From the NCBI RefSeq assembly GCF_006345805.1, contig NC_043007.1:53320001-53384000 (forward strand): a DNA stretch of 64,000 nt, in the 5' to 3' direction. The notes under the pieces were generated by a model. That model was not told the DNA's origin, did no database searches, and saw only the letters and a program-made list of their open reading frames with translations. Source of the DNA: Octopus sinensis. Lineage: Eukaryota. Position numbers and translations under genes: made by a program. Shown here piece by piece: positions 13,651 through 24,394 of the stretch; within the stretch, counting starts at the first letter, position 1; the number at the start of each line of letters is the position of its first letter.

Positions 13651-14719
13651 CTAGCATACATATAAATATATGTATTTCTTTTGCATGAAGATGCCTTTTT
13701 TATATGCTTCCTATTTTCTGTCACCTTGTAACTGGAGATTTTCACCAGTAGAAGGTCATTATTTTTGTAATGTATATATGTCCTTATCTTTTTATTCTTG
13801 CAGTAGCTTAATATTTGAATGGATAAGTTTTTATAATGGTGGAGCATGAAATGGTGATGTTTGCTAAGTTTGTAATATCTAACCTTACTTGCAGCATGAT
13901 ACATGTATTATACATGATATATACCAAATCTTGCATTTTACATTGCCTGTAATCACTTGCTGGTCATCTTAACTTCCATAACTCTTTCTATCACAAAGAA
14001 GTTTGGAATTGGACTTGCTTGGAAGCTTCTACAGCTAATAACTTTCTTTTTCAAGAGCTGCCACATATGTTTGAAAATGAAAAGGCAGGTTCAAAGATCT
14101 CAGAATGAATATAATCAAACTAATTCAGCAGGAGGAATCATCAAAGCTCATTTTTATTACGCAAGGTGATATTAAGTATTCTAATAGTGTGCTCATAATG
14201 TACTATAGTAGCCAGCAGTACCAGAGCTATGAACTGTTATGAATTTCTCAGACAGGGGATGAGGCTAAAGATAGTATATTGACAAGATTTTGAAATAGAT
14301 TGGTAAAAAAACTTCCATATTTATTTAAAATTTAAGGGTTTTCTTCTCTCTCTCCCCACCTTAAATTTGATGATGTATGATGATTGTGAAATTTGGACAA
14401 AGAATGTCAAAAGCAATTTAATTGGCAGGTTAGATACAGGTTAGCATCAGCTAGTTATATAGTAAAGATGAATTCATGAGTATGAATATGAAATGCTAAT
14501 TGCTAATGCAAGCTAGTGAAAAAGGATATGAAGATATAGTAAAAAAGGAAACTTGAAATGGAGTAGTTACTAATACTCAGAGGATTAGACCCTATAAATA
14601 AGGATTCAAGAATAAATTTTATTGGTGGTATTCTATACATGTTTTTTGTCAACATAGTCAATGAATGTTAAAACATTGATTATGAATGTGGTATAAACTT
14701 ATATTTTCCTTCTCTGTCC

Positions 14720-14985
14720 AGAGTTCTCACAGTGCTGTTAAAGATCAACTTCACTCACCAGTGCATAAGGATAAGGATAAACCATCCTTCTTGAGCTCAA
14801 TGGGCTTATAATGGCCAGTTTCCTGGTTTATACCTTTGGGGACACCAGTCCATTGCTGGATTACTCAGTTTTGCCAGCTGAGTAGGCTGGAGGAATGTGA
14901 TGTGAAGTCTTTTGCTCAAGAACAGAACACATTGCTTGTTAAAACCACAATCTTATGATCATGCAGCCAACATCCTAACCTGTGC
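14720..14985 (-). repeat. Old SINE remnant
   Basis: Degenerate TTTTGCCAGCTGAGTAGGCTGGAG...TTGCTCAAGAACA block resembling the reverse complement of a tRNA-SINE head and body. Confidence 0.45.
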
Positions 14986-15179
14986 ATACTGAATTTAATT
15001 GATTTAAATCCCAGGTTGTCTCCTTTGCATTTCTTAACCAGAAAATACTAAGTGTAATTTTAATTAACAACCTCTTTACTATTTTCAATGATATATGCAT
15101 GAAATTGTTTTGTAAATTCAATGTTTTAAAGCTTCATTTACGACTATTTATTTATAACTATTTTTTTTATCTATTTCAG

Positions 15180-15262
15180 CTCAACAGATTGAAGTTCCAA
15201 CTGTACCAGTGGCTAGTATCAACCTTGATACTAAGACAGTTGTTGTTAATGCTAAATTATAG
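15180..15262 (+). CDS. Candidate terminal coding exon of the host gene, ending in a PTS1 tripeptide: (A)QQIEVPTVPVASINLDTKTVVVNAKL*
   Basis: Acceptor TTTTTTTTATCTATTTCAG at 15179; joins the 11922-11983 exon in frame; TAG at 15260-15262; AT-rich 3' UTR follows. Confidence 0.7.
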
Positions 15263-15566
15263 ATCCTGTTACTGTTTTGTTTTCTTCTCAGTGGTAATAG
15301 AAACACTGATAACTATATAATATCAAAAAGATTTCTTTTTATGTTTCAAATAATTTTCCCTTTTTATGACTTCCTTTGTTATATACATGAATTACTTCTA
15401 GATGATGGATATTTAAATAATATTTAAAACAGTTTCTCATTGTATTTGTTATTTTTTACATATTTCAACATTTATATAAAACAAATCTTTTTAATATATC
15501 TTTTCTTTTCTGTAACTTCAAGAAAGTATTTTACATGTCAAAAAAGTTTTCTAATTTTATAGAATG

Positions 15567-15572
15567 AATAAA
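15567..15572 (+). terminator. Candidate polyadenylation signal of the host gene
   Basis: AATAAA ~300 nt after the stop codon within a U-rich UTR. Confidence 0.4.
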
Positions 15573-15721
15573 TATATTCATTATTTTATAAATTTATTGA
15601 ATATTAGAGTAGTTTCTAAAGTAAATATTCCATCATAAATACTGAGAACGCAAAAATTGAGTGTCCTTGACCCAGTTTTCTAAGCTATGAATATGAACCA
15701 TAGAAATGAAGTGGCAGTCCT

Positions 15722-16917
15722 ATGCTCAAACGAAGCTTGTTCTACATGGTAGCTGGTGTGTGTGTGTACAAAGTGCAACACAGCAGAATATTAATAACTC
15801 AGAACATACATTTTCAAGGCAATTCCATAATGATTACATAAAACTAATTTTGGCTTGTGCAAGAGAAATATATAAATTAATTTTACAAAATGTAATTGTC
15901 ACAGAAAAACATGTAAAGGTGTTATGTACATTTGTATGTGTATATATATATATATATTATGTGGTAATGCTTCAACAGCTAAGAGAGTAAAAGTAATCTT
16001 AAATTAAAAACTATAAATCTTGCAAATAGCTGCACAGGGTTTCCTCGTCAAAATAATAATCAATGGCAGCATAAATTATTATTTCAATTACGAAACCCTG
16101 GGTAGTTATTTACAAGATTTGTGGTTTTTAATTTGAGATTATATATATATATTACATGTTCCCCGTCCAGGGTCTCAACGTCGGCACAGTGAAAGGTAGG
16201 TCTGGTGAGATTGTTGAGAAAATGAAGAAGAAAATGCTCAAACGAAGCTTGTTCTACATGGTAGCTGGTGTGTGTGTACAAAGTGCAACACAGCAGAATA
16301 TTAATAACTCGGAACATACATTACAAAATGTAATTGTCACAGAAAAACATGTAAAGGTGTTATGAGGAAATTATTTCACACTATATTCTCTTCTGATATT
16401 TTTCTGTACTCTTTGATCTTTCTTCCCAACAAACCTGTTACATGGAATTATCTGTGTAATGATTCAAATTACTTTCCAATTATCTGTTTTAGAGGGTAAT
16501 GGAATATATGGAGATCTAACTCAAGGTTATATGATATGCACACTATGATACACACATGATTATAAACATAATGTATATGTCTCTCCCTTCCTCACTTTTA
16601 TCCATATGTACATTTGTATGTGTATTATGTGGTAATGCTTCAACAGGTAGAAAAGCACTCCATCAGCTAAGAGAATAAAAGTAATCTTAAATTAAAAACT
16701 ATAAATCTTGCAAATAGCTGCACATGGTTTCCTCGTCAAAATAATAATCAATGGCAGCATAAATTATTATTTCAACTAAGAAACCCTGGGTAGTTATTTT
16801 CAAGATTTGTGGTTTTTAATTTGAGATTATATATATATATTACATGTCTCACGGTCTCTAGGTTGTCACTCTCAACGTCGGCACACTGAAAGGTAGGTCT
16901 GGTGAGATTGTTGAGAT
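15722..16917. repeat. Imperfect tandem duplication with reciprocal deletions
   Basis: 15722-16220 and 16233-16917 share ordered blocks (ATGCTCAAACGAAGC..., TTACAAAATGTAATTG..., CAGCTAAGAG...TTACATGT, TCTCAACGTCGGCAC...GTTGAGA); each copy lacks a different internal block. Confidence 0.9.
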
Positions 16918-17636
16918 GCTTGAACCGAGATGTATCGATATGTGCTGCATTCTAGAAGTGAGATGGAGAGATTCCTCACAGGCAAAGAACACAGGTACAA
17001 GATTTTCTGGGCAGGGAACACTCACGGGGTTGGGGATGTGGGTATACTTCTTGCGGAGAAATGGGTAGATAAAGTAATTGAGGTAGTCAGAGTATGCGAC
17101 AGAATACTTAAGATTAGATTAGTTCTTCATCATGGGTTAGCAACCATTATCTCAGCCTATGCCCCTCAGCCAGGGCTACCCAATGGACAGAAAGACCGAT
17201 TCTATGACACCCTCTTGTAGACTATCGCGTTGACGAATGACAGGGACCTTCTCTTTGTGGCTGGCGACTTCACTGGACATGTTGGGGGCTTCCATGGCAT
17301 ACATGGAGGCTTTGGTTTTGGCTCTCGCAATGAGGAGGGAACCAGGCTGCTGGAGTTCTGTGATGCAAGTGATCTTATGGTTTGCAACACTAACTTCAGA
17401 AAACCTGCCAGCCACCTAGTCACCTGTCAGATCGACTACATTCTCACCAGAAAAAGAGAAAGATGGCTGCTTATAAATGCCAAAACCTTCCCAGGCAAAG
17501 AATGTATCTCACAACATAGACTAGTAGTTAGTGACTTCAGGATCAGAGCTAAATGGATGCCCAGAAGACGATCATCAAGGAGAGGAAGGGTCTGGAGACT
17601 TAAAGATCCTGCAAATGGACAGATATTTAGAGACAT
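16850..17636 (+). mobile_element. RTE-type LINE, endonuclease (APE) region, 3'-truncated
   Basis: TLNVGTLKGRS, YKIFWAG...GVGILLAEKW, IISAYAPQ, VAGDFTGHVG, GFGSRNEEG, QIDYILTR, QHRLVVSD. Confidence 0.9.
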
Positions 17637-17637
17637 A

Positions 17638-17903
17638 CTAGCAGTATCGCCTGGCGAATTAGAATTTTTGAAAAGTAAAAATTTGGCAGTATGTAGCTTG
17701 TTATTCTCTTTAAGTGAAATACACCGAAAAATGGCGACACAGCAGTCAAAGCATCATAAAAAATTGTGATTTTCATAGAGAAAAGGCATCTTTTTTTGGT
17801 GTTAACATGGTCCGATTTGAATTTTTTCTTCTACTGAAGGAAGAGTTAGCCTTCTTCTATCAAACTCTCATATGTATATATTTATACATACATATATATA
17901 TGA

Positions 17904-17905
<2 letters not shown>
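17638..17905 (-). mobile_element. Non-autonomous Helitron-like element (3' end) truncating the RTE
   Basis: A|CTAGCAGTATCGCC at 17637-17651, the same terminus as at 36912 and 39493; 5' end unclear. Confidence 0.55.
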
Positions 17906-17934
<29 letters not shown>

Positions 17935-18221
17935 CGAAAAAACCCTCCAGGCTACATCCCGAAAATTCATTTCTTTGCCGAATTTCAAATTCTTTATTAC
18001 CCACTAGGGGCGACATAGAAAAGAACATGACAATCACGAATGATGATACAATAAGATGCTTTGTGGGATCAATTAAAAATTTGACTGAACAATAAAATCG
18101 AATGAAATTACAATTACAATTACAAAGACACTTTTACAAATTGACAGAATGCAGTGGGGCGGGTCCGCGGACCCCACGCTCCCCGCCACGACACTTAACC
18201 TTGTGATCTTCTTTTACAGGT

Positions 18222-19148
18222 CTATCTCGTATTTGTGAGGGACCTTTTATTCGCCACATTCTTCCACCTTTCATCGAACACTTTCTTACTCAGGCTCCTC
18301 CTCTCCAGTTCTATTTGTCTTTTCAGGTGGAATTTGAAGTATTCCACAAGACTAGAACCGGAGATGAAGTCGCCTGTTAGCATCCCTTTCACCCGCGTCT
18401 TCCATACTGCCTGTTTCGCAATTGAAACCACAGAGAGAAAACAATTCTTACCTTCTTTCGTTAAGAAATCAGGTGGGCTGATTTTCACAATGGATTCGGC
18501 TGATAGCTGTACTCTTCCTCCACTTGACATCAGTTGTTCGGCATGAACCCACATGTCTGTCACCCCCGGGCACTGCACGATCGCGTGCGAGATGGTTTCC
18601 CTATCTCGCCCACATCTCGCGCAGGTCGGGCTGACTGGGGCACCATGCCTTGCGTGTTTATCTCGAACAGGTAAGGCTCCTTGGTAACACTGCCAAGCCA
18701 AAGACTTCTGGAAATTATCCAGTGCCTTCGGCCCGAATGTACGTTGGAACAGACTGGCCAGCTGATTATCGTCGAAACCTAGGGTTTCCCCTAGCGTATC
18801 ATCGTTACCGGCCTCTACAAAACCTCTATAAAACACAGCGGTAGAACCACTGCCGCAGGCATTGCCCGAGCGACGGAATAGTCGGAGTGCCTTACGGCAC
18901 TCCGTGTACCATGTACCCAACTTCGATCTACGATTATACCAGTCTTCCCGTCCACCGAAACTGGTGAACCTGGGGAACGTCTGCTTCGCCAGCGGAGACC
19001 ACACCCGTTCACCATCCAGATGGAGCCACAGGTGCCTTAGCCTCAGCGCATTTCTGCGCATCATTAGCCACGGCATCCCTAGTCCACCCTGTAACGGTTT
19101 TTGACAGCAAATAGAGCGTTTCACAAGTGGTTTCGAGCCCTTCCACAA
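18222..19148 (-). CDS. LINE ORF2 C-terminal part with zf-RVT (CxxC...HxxxxC)
   Basis: WKGSKPLVKR, GGLGMP, CARCGRDRETISHAIVQC; continues ORF2 after a single-base shift. Confidence 0.88.
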   Translation of the reverse strand: MWKGSKPLVKRSICCQKPLQGGLGMPWLMMRRNALRLRHLWLHLDGERVWSPLAKQTFPRFTSFGGREDWYNRRSKLGTWYTECRKALRLFRRSGNACGSGSTAVFYRGFVEAGNDDTLGETLGFDDNQLASLFQRTFGPKALDNFQKSLAWQCYQGALPVRDKHARHGAPVSPTCARCGRDRETISHAIVQCPGVTDMWVHAEQLMSSGGRVQLSAESIVKISPPDFLTKEGKNCFLSVVSIAKQAVWKTRVKGMLTGDFISGSSLVEYFKFHLKRQIELERRSLSKKVFDERWKNVANKRSLTNTR

Positions 19149-21399
19149 AAAGCTGTCTCTCCAACTTGTTCAACCACGAATCCGGGCGAGGCACGACGGC
19201 AAGGCGGTAGGTGATCACCGATGCGATGAACACATTGGCTACCTCCGCCCTACCTTTCAGGGATAACCACCGCCAAGACCAGGTCTTGACTACTGCGGTC
19301 AACCTGCTCGATACCTCGCTCCAGTTCTTCTCTATTTGGAGGCCTGGTCCGAACCAAACCCCGAGCAACTTAATCGGGCCCTCCGTCCAACGTCCCACGA
19401 CGCTGTCTGGAGGCATCGACTTGCCTCTCCAGGTGCCGAGTTGCAAGCCGACTGACTTTTCACGATTAACCTTTGCTCCTGTCACCGTCTCGTAAACCTC
19501 TATGGCCTTGCCTACTTTACGTAGGAGGTCCATTTCGGTCACGATGATAGTGATGTCATCCGCGTACGCCGAAACCGACATTCCACGACCTGGCTGCCTC
19601 GGGATGCCACTCAGTTTTCGCAGCAGCGGCTCAAGAGCCACTACATACAAAAGCGGGGAGAGCGGACATCCCTGACGGACCGAGCGTTTGACTTTGAACG
19701 GCTTAGAAATAAAGCCGTTCACCCGAACTACCGAGTCGACGTTGTCATACAATTGTATGATCCACCTGAGGAAGCCAAGACCCAGGCCGAACTGAGCCAG
19801 GACGGACACCAGGAAACGATGGTCGACCCTATCGAAAGCTTTTGACTGGTCTAAATGGACCACTGCCCCTCCCTTGCCGGGATCATTATCCATTCCCTCT
19901 ATCGTGTATCTAATTAGATGGAGATTATCCTGAATGGTTCTGCCCGGTACGGCGCACGTTTGCGCTTTCCCGATCAGTCCATTCGCGACATGCGCCAATC
20001 TGTTCAATAACACTTTGGCCAAAATCTTCAACTCTGCGTTAAGCAGAGTGATGGGCCTGAAATTATCAATGACGTCCCCCTTGCTCTGGTCCTTCCTGAC
20101 TAGTGTCACCACTCCCCGGCGCACAGATCTGGGTATGAACCCATTCTGCTGCCAGTTCGCGTAGACGTCCGCCAGTAAGTCCCCGAACAAGTCCGGCATA
20201 CTTTTATAAAGCTCGTAGGGCAGACCATCCAGTCCCGGCGCCTTACCCGCACCGCAGTCTGCCATGGCCTCCATTACCTCCTCAGGCGTGATCGGCTTCT
20301 CACTACACTCCGCATCCTGCCCCGAGAGGCGCGGCAGTCCGTCAAGAAGGTCCGTTAGGTCCCTCCTCTCATCCGGCCCGCCGCCACCCCCAAAGAGCTG
20401 GGCGAAGTGGTCCTGAAAAGCTTGACACATCTCCTCGGGCTCGTCTGTCAACTTACTTTGTTGGTTCGTCAGAGATCGAATTGTGGCATCGTTGCCACGC
20501 TGGGCTTCCACCACTCGGGCCCATCTCGCGGCATTAATTCCTTCGCTCCCCATTGTACGTTGTCTAGCTCTGACAATGCAACCCATGTGTTTGGCTTCGA
20601 GGTGCTGGTTTAAAACCAGTCTCTTGGCCTTCACCTGAGCCGCGTTGCCAGTTCGCATTGCTTCCTCTAGGTCCTTAACTAGAGTAGTTTCTTTTCTAGC
20701 CTCTCTAGCTACGAGATCTATACTATATCTAATAGACTCATATCTTATGGATCGCTTGAGGGCATACCACCATTTGTTATTGATAATGGAGCCGGTCATG
20801 GCCCTCTGGATCATTAACATAATCCTGTCACTGTACTCCTTAATCGCCAAAAGGGACGTATTAAGTTTCCAGTAACCAGGACCTCTATTTATCTTATCTA
20901 CGTCTAGCTTACAGGTGACCATCTTGTGGTCACTGTAGCTGACTATGTGGAGCTGTGGACTCTTAACTAGGTTTCTATCTACCTTCCTAATTAAAATCCT
21001 GTCTATGTATGACCTTGACGATCCGTCGCTGTTTGTCCATGTCCACAATGGAGCGTCCGGATGTTCCAGTCTATATGGATCTACCAGCTCAAAACATCTT
21101 AGTAGATCCAGGAAGCAAGCATTTCCTTTCCTGTTTGTTTGCAAGCCTACACAGTCTACCCGCACATTGCAGATTGTGTTGTAGTCTCCTAACATTACTA
21201 AAGGGCACGATGTACTGAGAAACCTCTCCAGATTCCGAAAATACTCACTATTCCCCTTATTATTGGGGGCGTAAACCGCAACCAGTCTGATTGTCTGACG
21301 ACTGCTGAACGTCAAATCAACGACGACCAGCCTACCTTCTGGATCTGCAAAAATCAACTTTTTCTCAGAAACCCGGTTCTTTTTCACCAGGACCAACAC
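19009..21399 (-). CDS. LINE ORF2: APE endonuclease plus reverse transcriptase (N-truncated, frameshifted near its end)
   Basis: VAVYAPN, LGDYN, SYIDRILI, SDHKMV, GYWKLN, KAPGLDG, NFRPITLLN, LDQSKAFDRV, VRQGCPLSP, YADD. Confidence 0.93.
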   Translation of the reverse strand: MLVLVKKNRVSEKKLIFADPEGRLVVVDLTFSSRQTIRLVAVYAPNNKGNSEYFRNLERFLSTSCPLVMLGDYNTICNVRVDCVGLQTNRKGNACFLDLLRCFELVDPYRLEHPDAPLWTWTNSDGSSRSYIDRILIRKVDRNLVKSPQLHIVSYSDHKMVTCKLDVDKINRGPGYWKLNTSLLAIKEYSDRIMLMIQRAMTGSIINNKWWYALKRSIRYESIRYSIDLVAREARKETTLVKDLEEAMRTGNAAQVKAKRLVLNQHLEAKHMGCIVRARQRTMGSEGINAARWARVVEAQRGNDATIRSLTNQQSKLTDEPEEMCQAFQDHFAQLFGGGGGPDERRDLTDLLDGLPRLSGQDAECSEKPITPEEVMEAMADCGAGKAPGLDGLPYELYKSMPDLFGDLLADVYANWQQNGFIPRSVRRGVVTLVRKDQSKGDVIDNFRPITLLNAELKILAKVLLNRLAHVANGLIGKAQTCAVPGRTIQDNLHLIRYTIEGMDNDPGKGGAVVHLDQSKAFDRVDHRFLVSVLAQFGLGLGFLRWIIQLYDNVDSVVRVNGFISKPFKVKRSVRQGCPLSPLLYVVALEPLLRKLSGIPRQPGRGMSVSAYADDITIIVTEMDLLRKVGKAIEVYETVTGAKVNREKSVGLQLGTWRGKSMPPDSVVGRWTEGPIKLLGVWFGPGLQIEKNWSEVSSRLTAVVKTWSWRWLSLKGRAEVANVFIASVITYRLAVVPRPDSWLNKLERQLFVEGLETTCETLYLLSKTVTGWTRDAVANDAQKCAEAKAPVAPSGW

Positions 21400-22933
21400 C
21401 CCACTTCCGGCGACAATGATGTGGTTAAAGTCATCTGCTTAAAAAAGCCAGGCCGCGTCCTCCACCTCAGCGCCTTCGATCGCCAACACAACCTCTATCG
21501 CTATACTGCTAGCATCACTCCAGACGGTCCCGCATTCCGTCTTGGGCACGTACCAGTTCACCCTGACTGGGTCTTCCGCTCTCGTCCTCTCTAGGATTTC
21601 CTGCATCATCGCCACCGTCCCTTCTCCCACCTTGTCGCCCCAACTCTCCCCCTCTGCTCGTCTCTTGGTGTAACTACACGCCGTGCGCAGCCATCCAGCG
21701 ATCAGGTAGGGACCGACCAACTTCCCACACACCGAGAATAGCTCTCTCCTGCTGACGCTGGAACTCAGATCTGGGTTTTCATTCCCTCTCCGGAACACCA
21801 ATTCACCCGATCTATCTCTTCGCAGCTTCAGCTCCAGCGCGGCTCCCCCTTCCATTGACTCCGGTGGCTTCGCAATCAGTCCGAACTTCTCCAGATGTCT
21901 AACTACCTCGTTGGCTGGCACTACAGTTTCATCCACCAAAATGTCGTCAATGTAGGAGCTGGTGGCCTTTCTAATCTTGCCGTCTTTCCCTCGGACGGAC
22001 TTAAGCACTGCCGCCATGATCTTCGGAGTGGAATTCAGCCCGAAACCCAGCCTGGTTAAACAGTACGTCCGCCTTTGTACCGGACCAGCTGATATCGCCA
22101 CAGTTTGTCGCTCACATGGAGCTGCAAGTATGCCGATTTCAAGTCGACAATCGTTGCTGCCTTGGTCGACTGTCTCCACGCACGTAACGTCTCGCCACAA
22201 ACGTCCGTCGCCTCACTTCCCGTGTGACACGATATATGCTGGTTTAACTCCCTGAAGTCCAGCACCGGTCTGACTTTTCCCTTCGTAGGCTGCACCACCG
22301 CCATCAGGGGTAGCACTCCGCCCGCTACCTCTTTCTTCCAAGGGACAAGGACCCCTTCCTCGATCCACCTCTCCACCTCGTCTTCAAACTCAACCCTGGT
22401 GTGGCCTTTCAGGGTATGCTGGTAGCAGCTCACCCTGTTTTCCAGCGTCGGGGGCTCGTCCTTCCATCGCTACTCTATCGTCCACCGTTGACCATCAAAC
22501 ACCGCCTGAAAGTCTTTGTCCTCGATGGTGTAAGCGGCGCAGTCCCTCGCGGGGCTCTGCTCTCTCTGGCGATCCTGACTCGCAGTGCACGACGCCCCCA
22601 CGCTTCCGAACGTGACCTCATTTCCCACAACACCAACGCCACCGAGACTGTTGATGGCGTCCATCCCCATCACCACATCAACCCCATCTATCACGCGTTC
22701 AGCCACAATTATCTGCAGTCTTAGCGTCGCGCCGCGCACCACTATCTCTACCTTGCTGCTGCCTCTGCAACAGATTTCGCTGCCGTCGACCGCCCGGACG
22801 CTACTTGCCCCGTTTCATTCCTTCGTCACCCTTGAAGTCACAAGGGTGGTCGTACAGCCCGTATCCACGAGGGCCTTGAACGTCTTCCCCTCGGCCTCCA
22901 CGTCAATTAATGGCAGCGTCTCCAATAGCGCAT

Positions 22934-23659
22934 CTACTCGTTTGCGGGGAAAGTTCGAGAGGCAGCAACTTCCCCGCGGTCGTTTCCCTGGTCGCAATCA
23001 CGGGCGATGTGCCCTGTCTGCCTGCATCGATAGCAAACGGGCTCCGGTTGCGTACACTCCCTCGCCATGTGCGACCCCTGACATCTAAAACACCGACCTG
23101 AGAACGGCCGGTTCTGTACGTCTTTCTCCGGTCGTCGTCCGTCTTTACGCACCTCCGTCACCGCCATCGCTATCGCCTTCCGCCCAAAGTGTCGCATCAA
23201 CACGCGGGCTTGAGTCACAAATTCGCTCAGCGCCATCTTTTTAATCCCGGGCAAGCGTTGTAGGTGAATCCCTACATCGTCGGGGAACCCATTTACAAAC
23301 GCCAGCCGCGCTGCTCTCTCCAGCCCTTCTCCCGTAAACCCAGCCAGCGTCGCTAACCTTCTAACTTCTGACGCGTACTCGTCCACCTGTCCATCTGATC
23401 GTACCCAGCTTAGAAAAGCTGCGTATTCACATTCTGTGTAGGCATCCCGCAATTGTTGCTCTATCTTTTCCTCGCTCAGGCGTTCCTCCTCGTCCATCTC
23501 AAGGTATAGCGTTAACGCGCTCCCTTCTAAATACAGCGCCATAAGACTTGCCACTTGCAGTCTTGCCACCAGCCTGATTTTACGAATCCAGGCCACTACA
23601 TCGCCTTCACCATTGAAGGGTCTGGTGGTGTCGCTGGCGATCCTGATTTTCGCAGACAT
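22934..23659 (-). CDS. Gag with two CCHC zinc knuckles
   Basis: CFRCQGSHMAREC and CYRCRQTGHIARDC; starts 15 nt after the LTR. Confidence 0.85.
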   Translation of the reverse strand: MSAKIRIASDTTRPFNGEGDVVAWIRKIRLVARLQVASLMALYLEGSALTLYLEMDEEERLSEEKIEQQLRDAYTECEYAAFLSWVRSDGQVDEYASEVRRLATLAGFTGEGLERAARLAFVNGFPDDVGIHLQRLPGIKKMALSEFVTQARVLMRHFGRKAIAMAVTEVRKDGRRPEKDVQNRPFSGRCFRCQGSHMARECTQPEPVCYRCRQTGHIARDCDQGNDRGEVAASRTFPANE

Positions 23660-23674
23660 CGCGGTGACGACTTA

Positions 23675-23957
23675 TGTGGAGTGCCGAAATAGCTTGTGGT
23701 GTGTGCTAGAGATTCGAATATAAAGGCACCTACCTTCTCTTCTCTCTGATGGAGACCCTTTAGTGGTAACGGATTCTTCGACACAGCCCGCTCCGAACGC
23801 TTGAGATAGCAGCTGCTTCACCCAACCTTAGCAACGTCTTCACCCGTCTTAACACGACGACGACCCTGGTTCGAAAGGCCGAAATCCCCGCTCGTTGCGC
23901 GCGCGTCCCGGCTGCCCCCTTCCGGTCAGCTCGCCCAGCTGCTGACGTCATCCCACA
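23675..23957 (-). repeat. 283-bp LTR of the divergent Gypsy-like element
   Basis: Minus strand begins TGTGG and ends CCACA (5-bp inverted termini), directly upstream of gag. Confidence 0.7.
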
Positions 23958-24394
23958 CACTGAACTAGACAGAATAATGAAAAAGTAATGAAAGAATAAT
24001 ATGTGCAAAGATAGTAGGTAGAAGAAGCGAGGTTGAAAGAAAGATTCTTATCTTTTATCCGTTCATGAGCAGTCGTTATTCTTCGGTAGGGGTTAGGAAG
24101 CGAGTGGGAGTCCCGTTATGCTTTCGCTAGTTTATAAAAGGGCGATGGTGGTGGGAGGAGGTCTAGGCGAAGCAAGTGGTTATCGAAAGAGGGAGACATA
24201 GAGAAATATAGGGACATAGACAGGGTTAGTTAGTGAGGGGGAGAAGTGGACAAGAAAACACGCAGGAGGAAACATTTTGAGGGGATCTGACTGGCATAGT
24301 TAAAAGGAGACGGCAGTATCGATAATATTTAAGATAGACTTGAAAAAGTAAAATCTGAGATCGTCAGGCAATCTAAGACAAAGTTTTAGAGAAT

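Larger units (their letters stand above)
17934..21405 (-). mobile_element. Tx1/L1-type LINE, 5'-truncated, ORF2 nearly intact
   Basis: ORF2 in two pieces with one frameshift near 19150; AATAAA on the minus strand at ~17994-17999; the 3' end abuts a (TA)n tract at ~17933. Confidence 0.9.
21406..23957 (-). mobile_element. Divergent Gypsy-like LTR retrotransposon, 5' half only (LTR-gag-PR-RT-RNase H start)
   Basis: LTR 23675-23957; gag 22934-23659; protease LVDTGC (~22870); RT VRPVLDFRELN, IVDLKSAYLQ, LGFGLNSTP, YIDDILV; RNase H WSDASS..DAAW..HI; several frameshifts; no integrase or 3' LTR. Confidence 0.85.
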
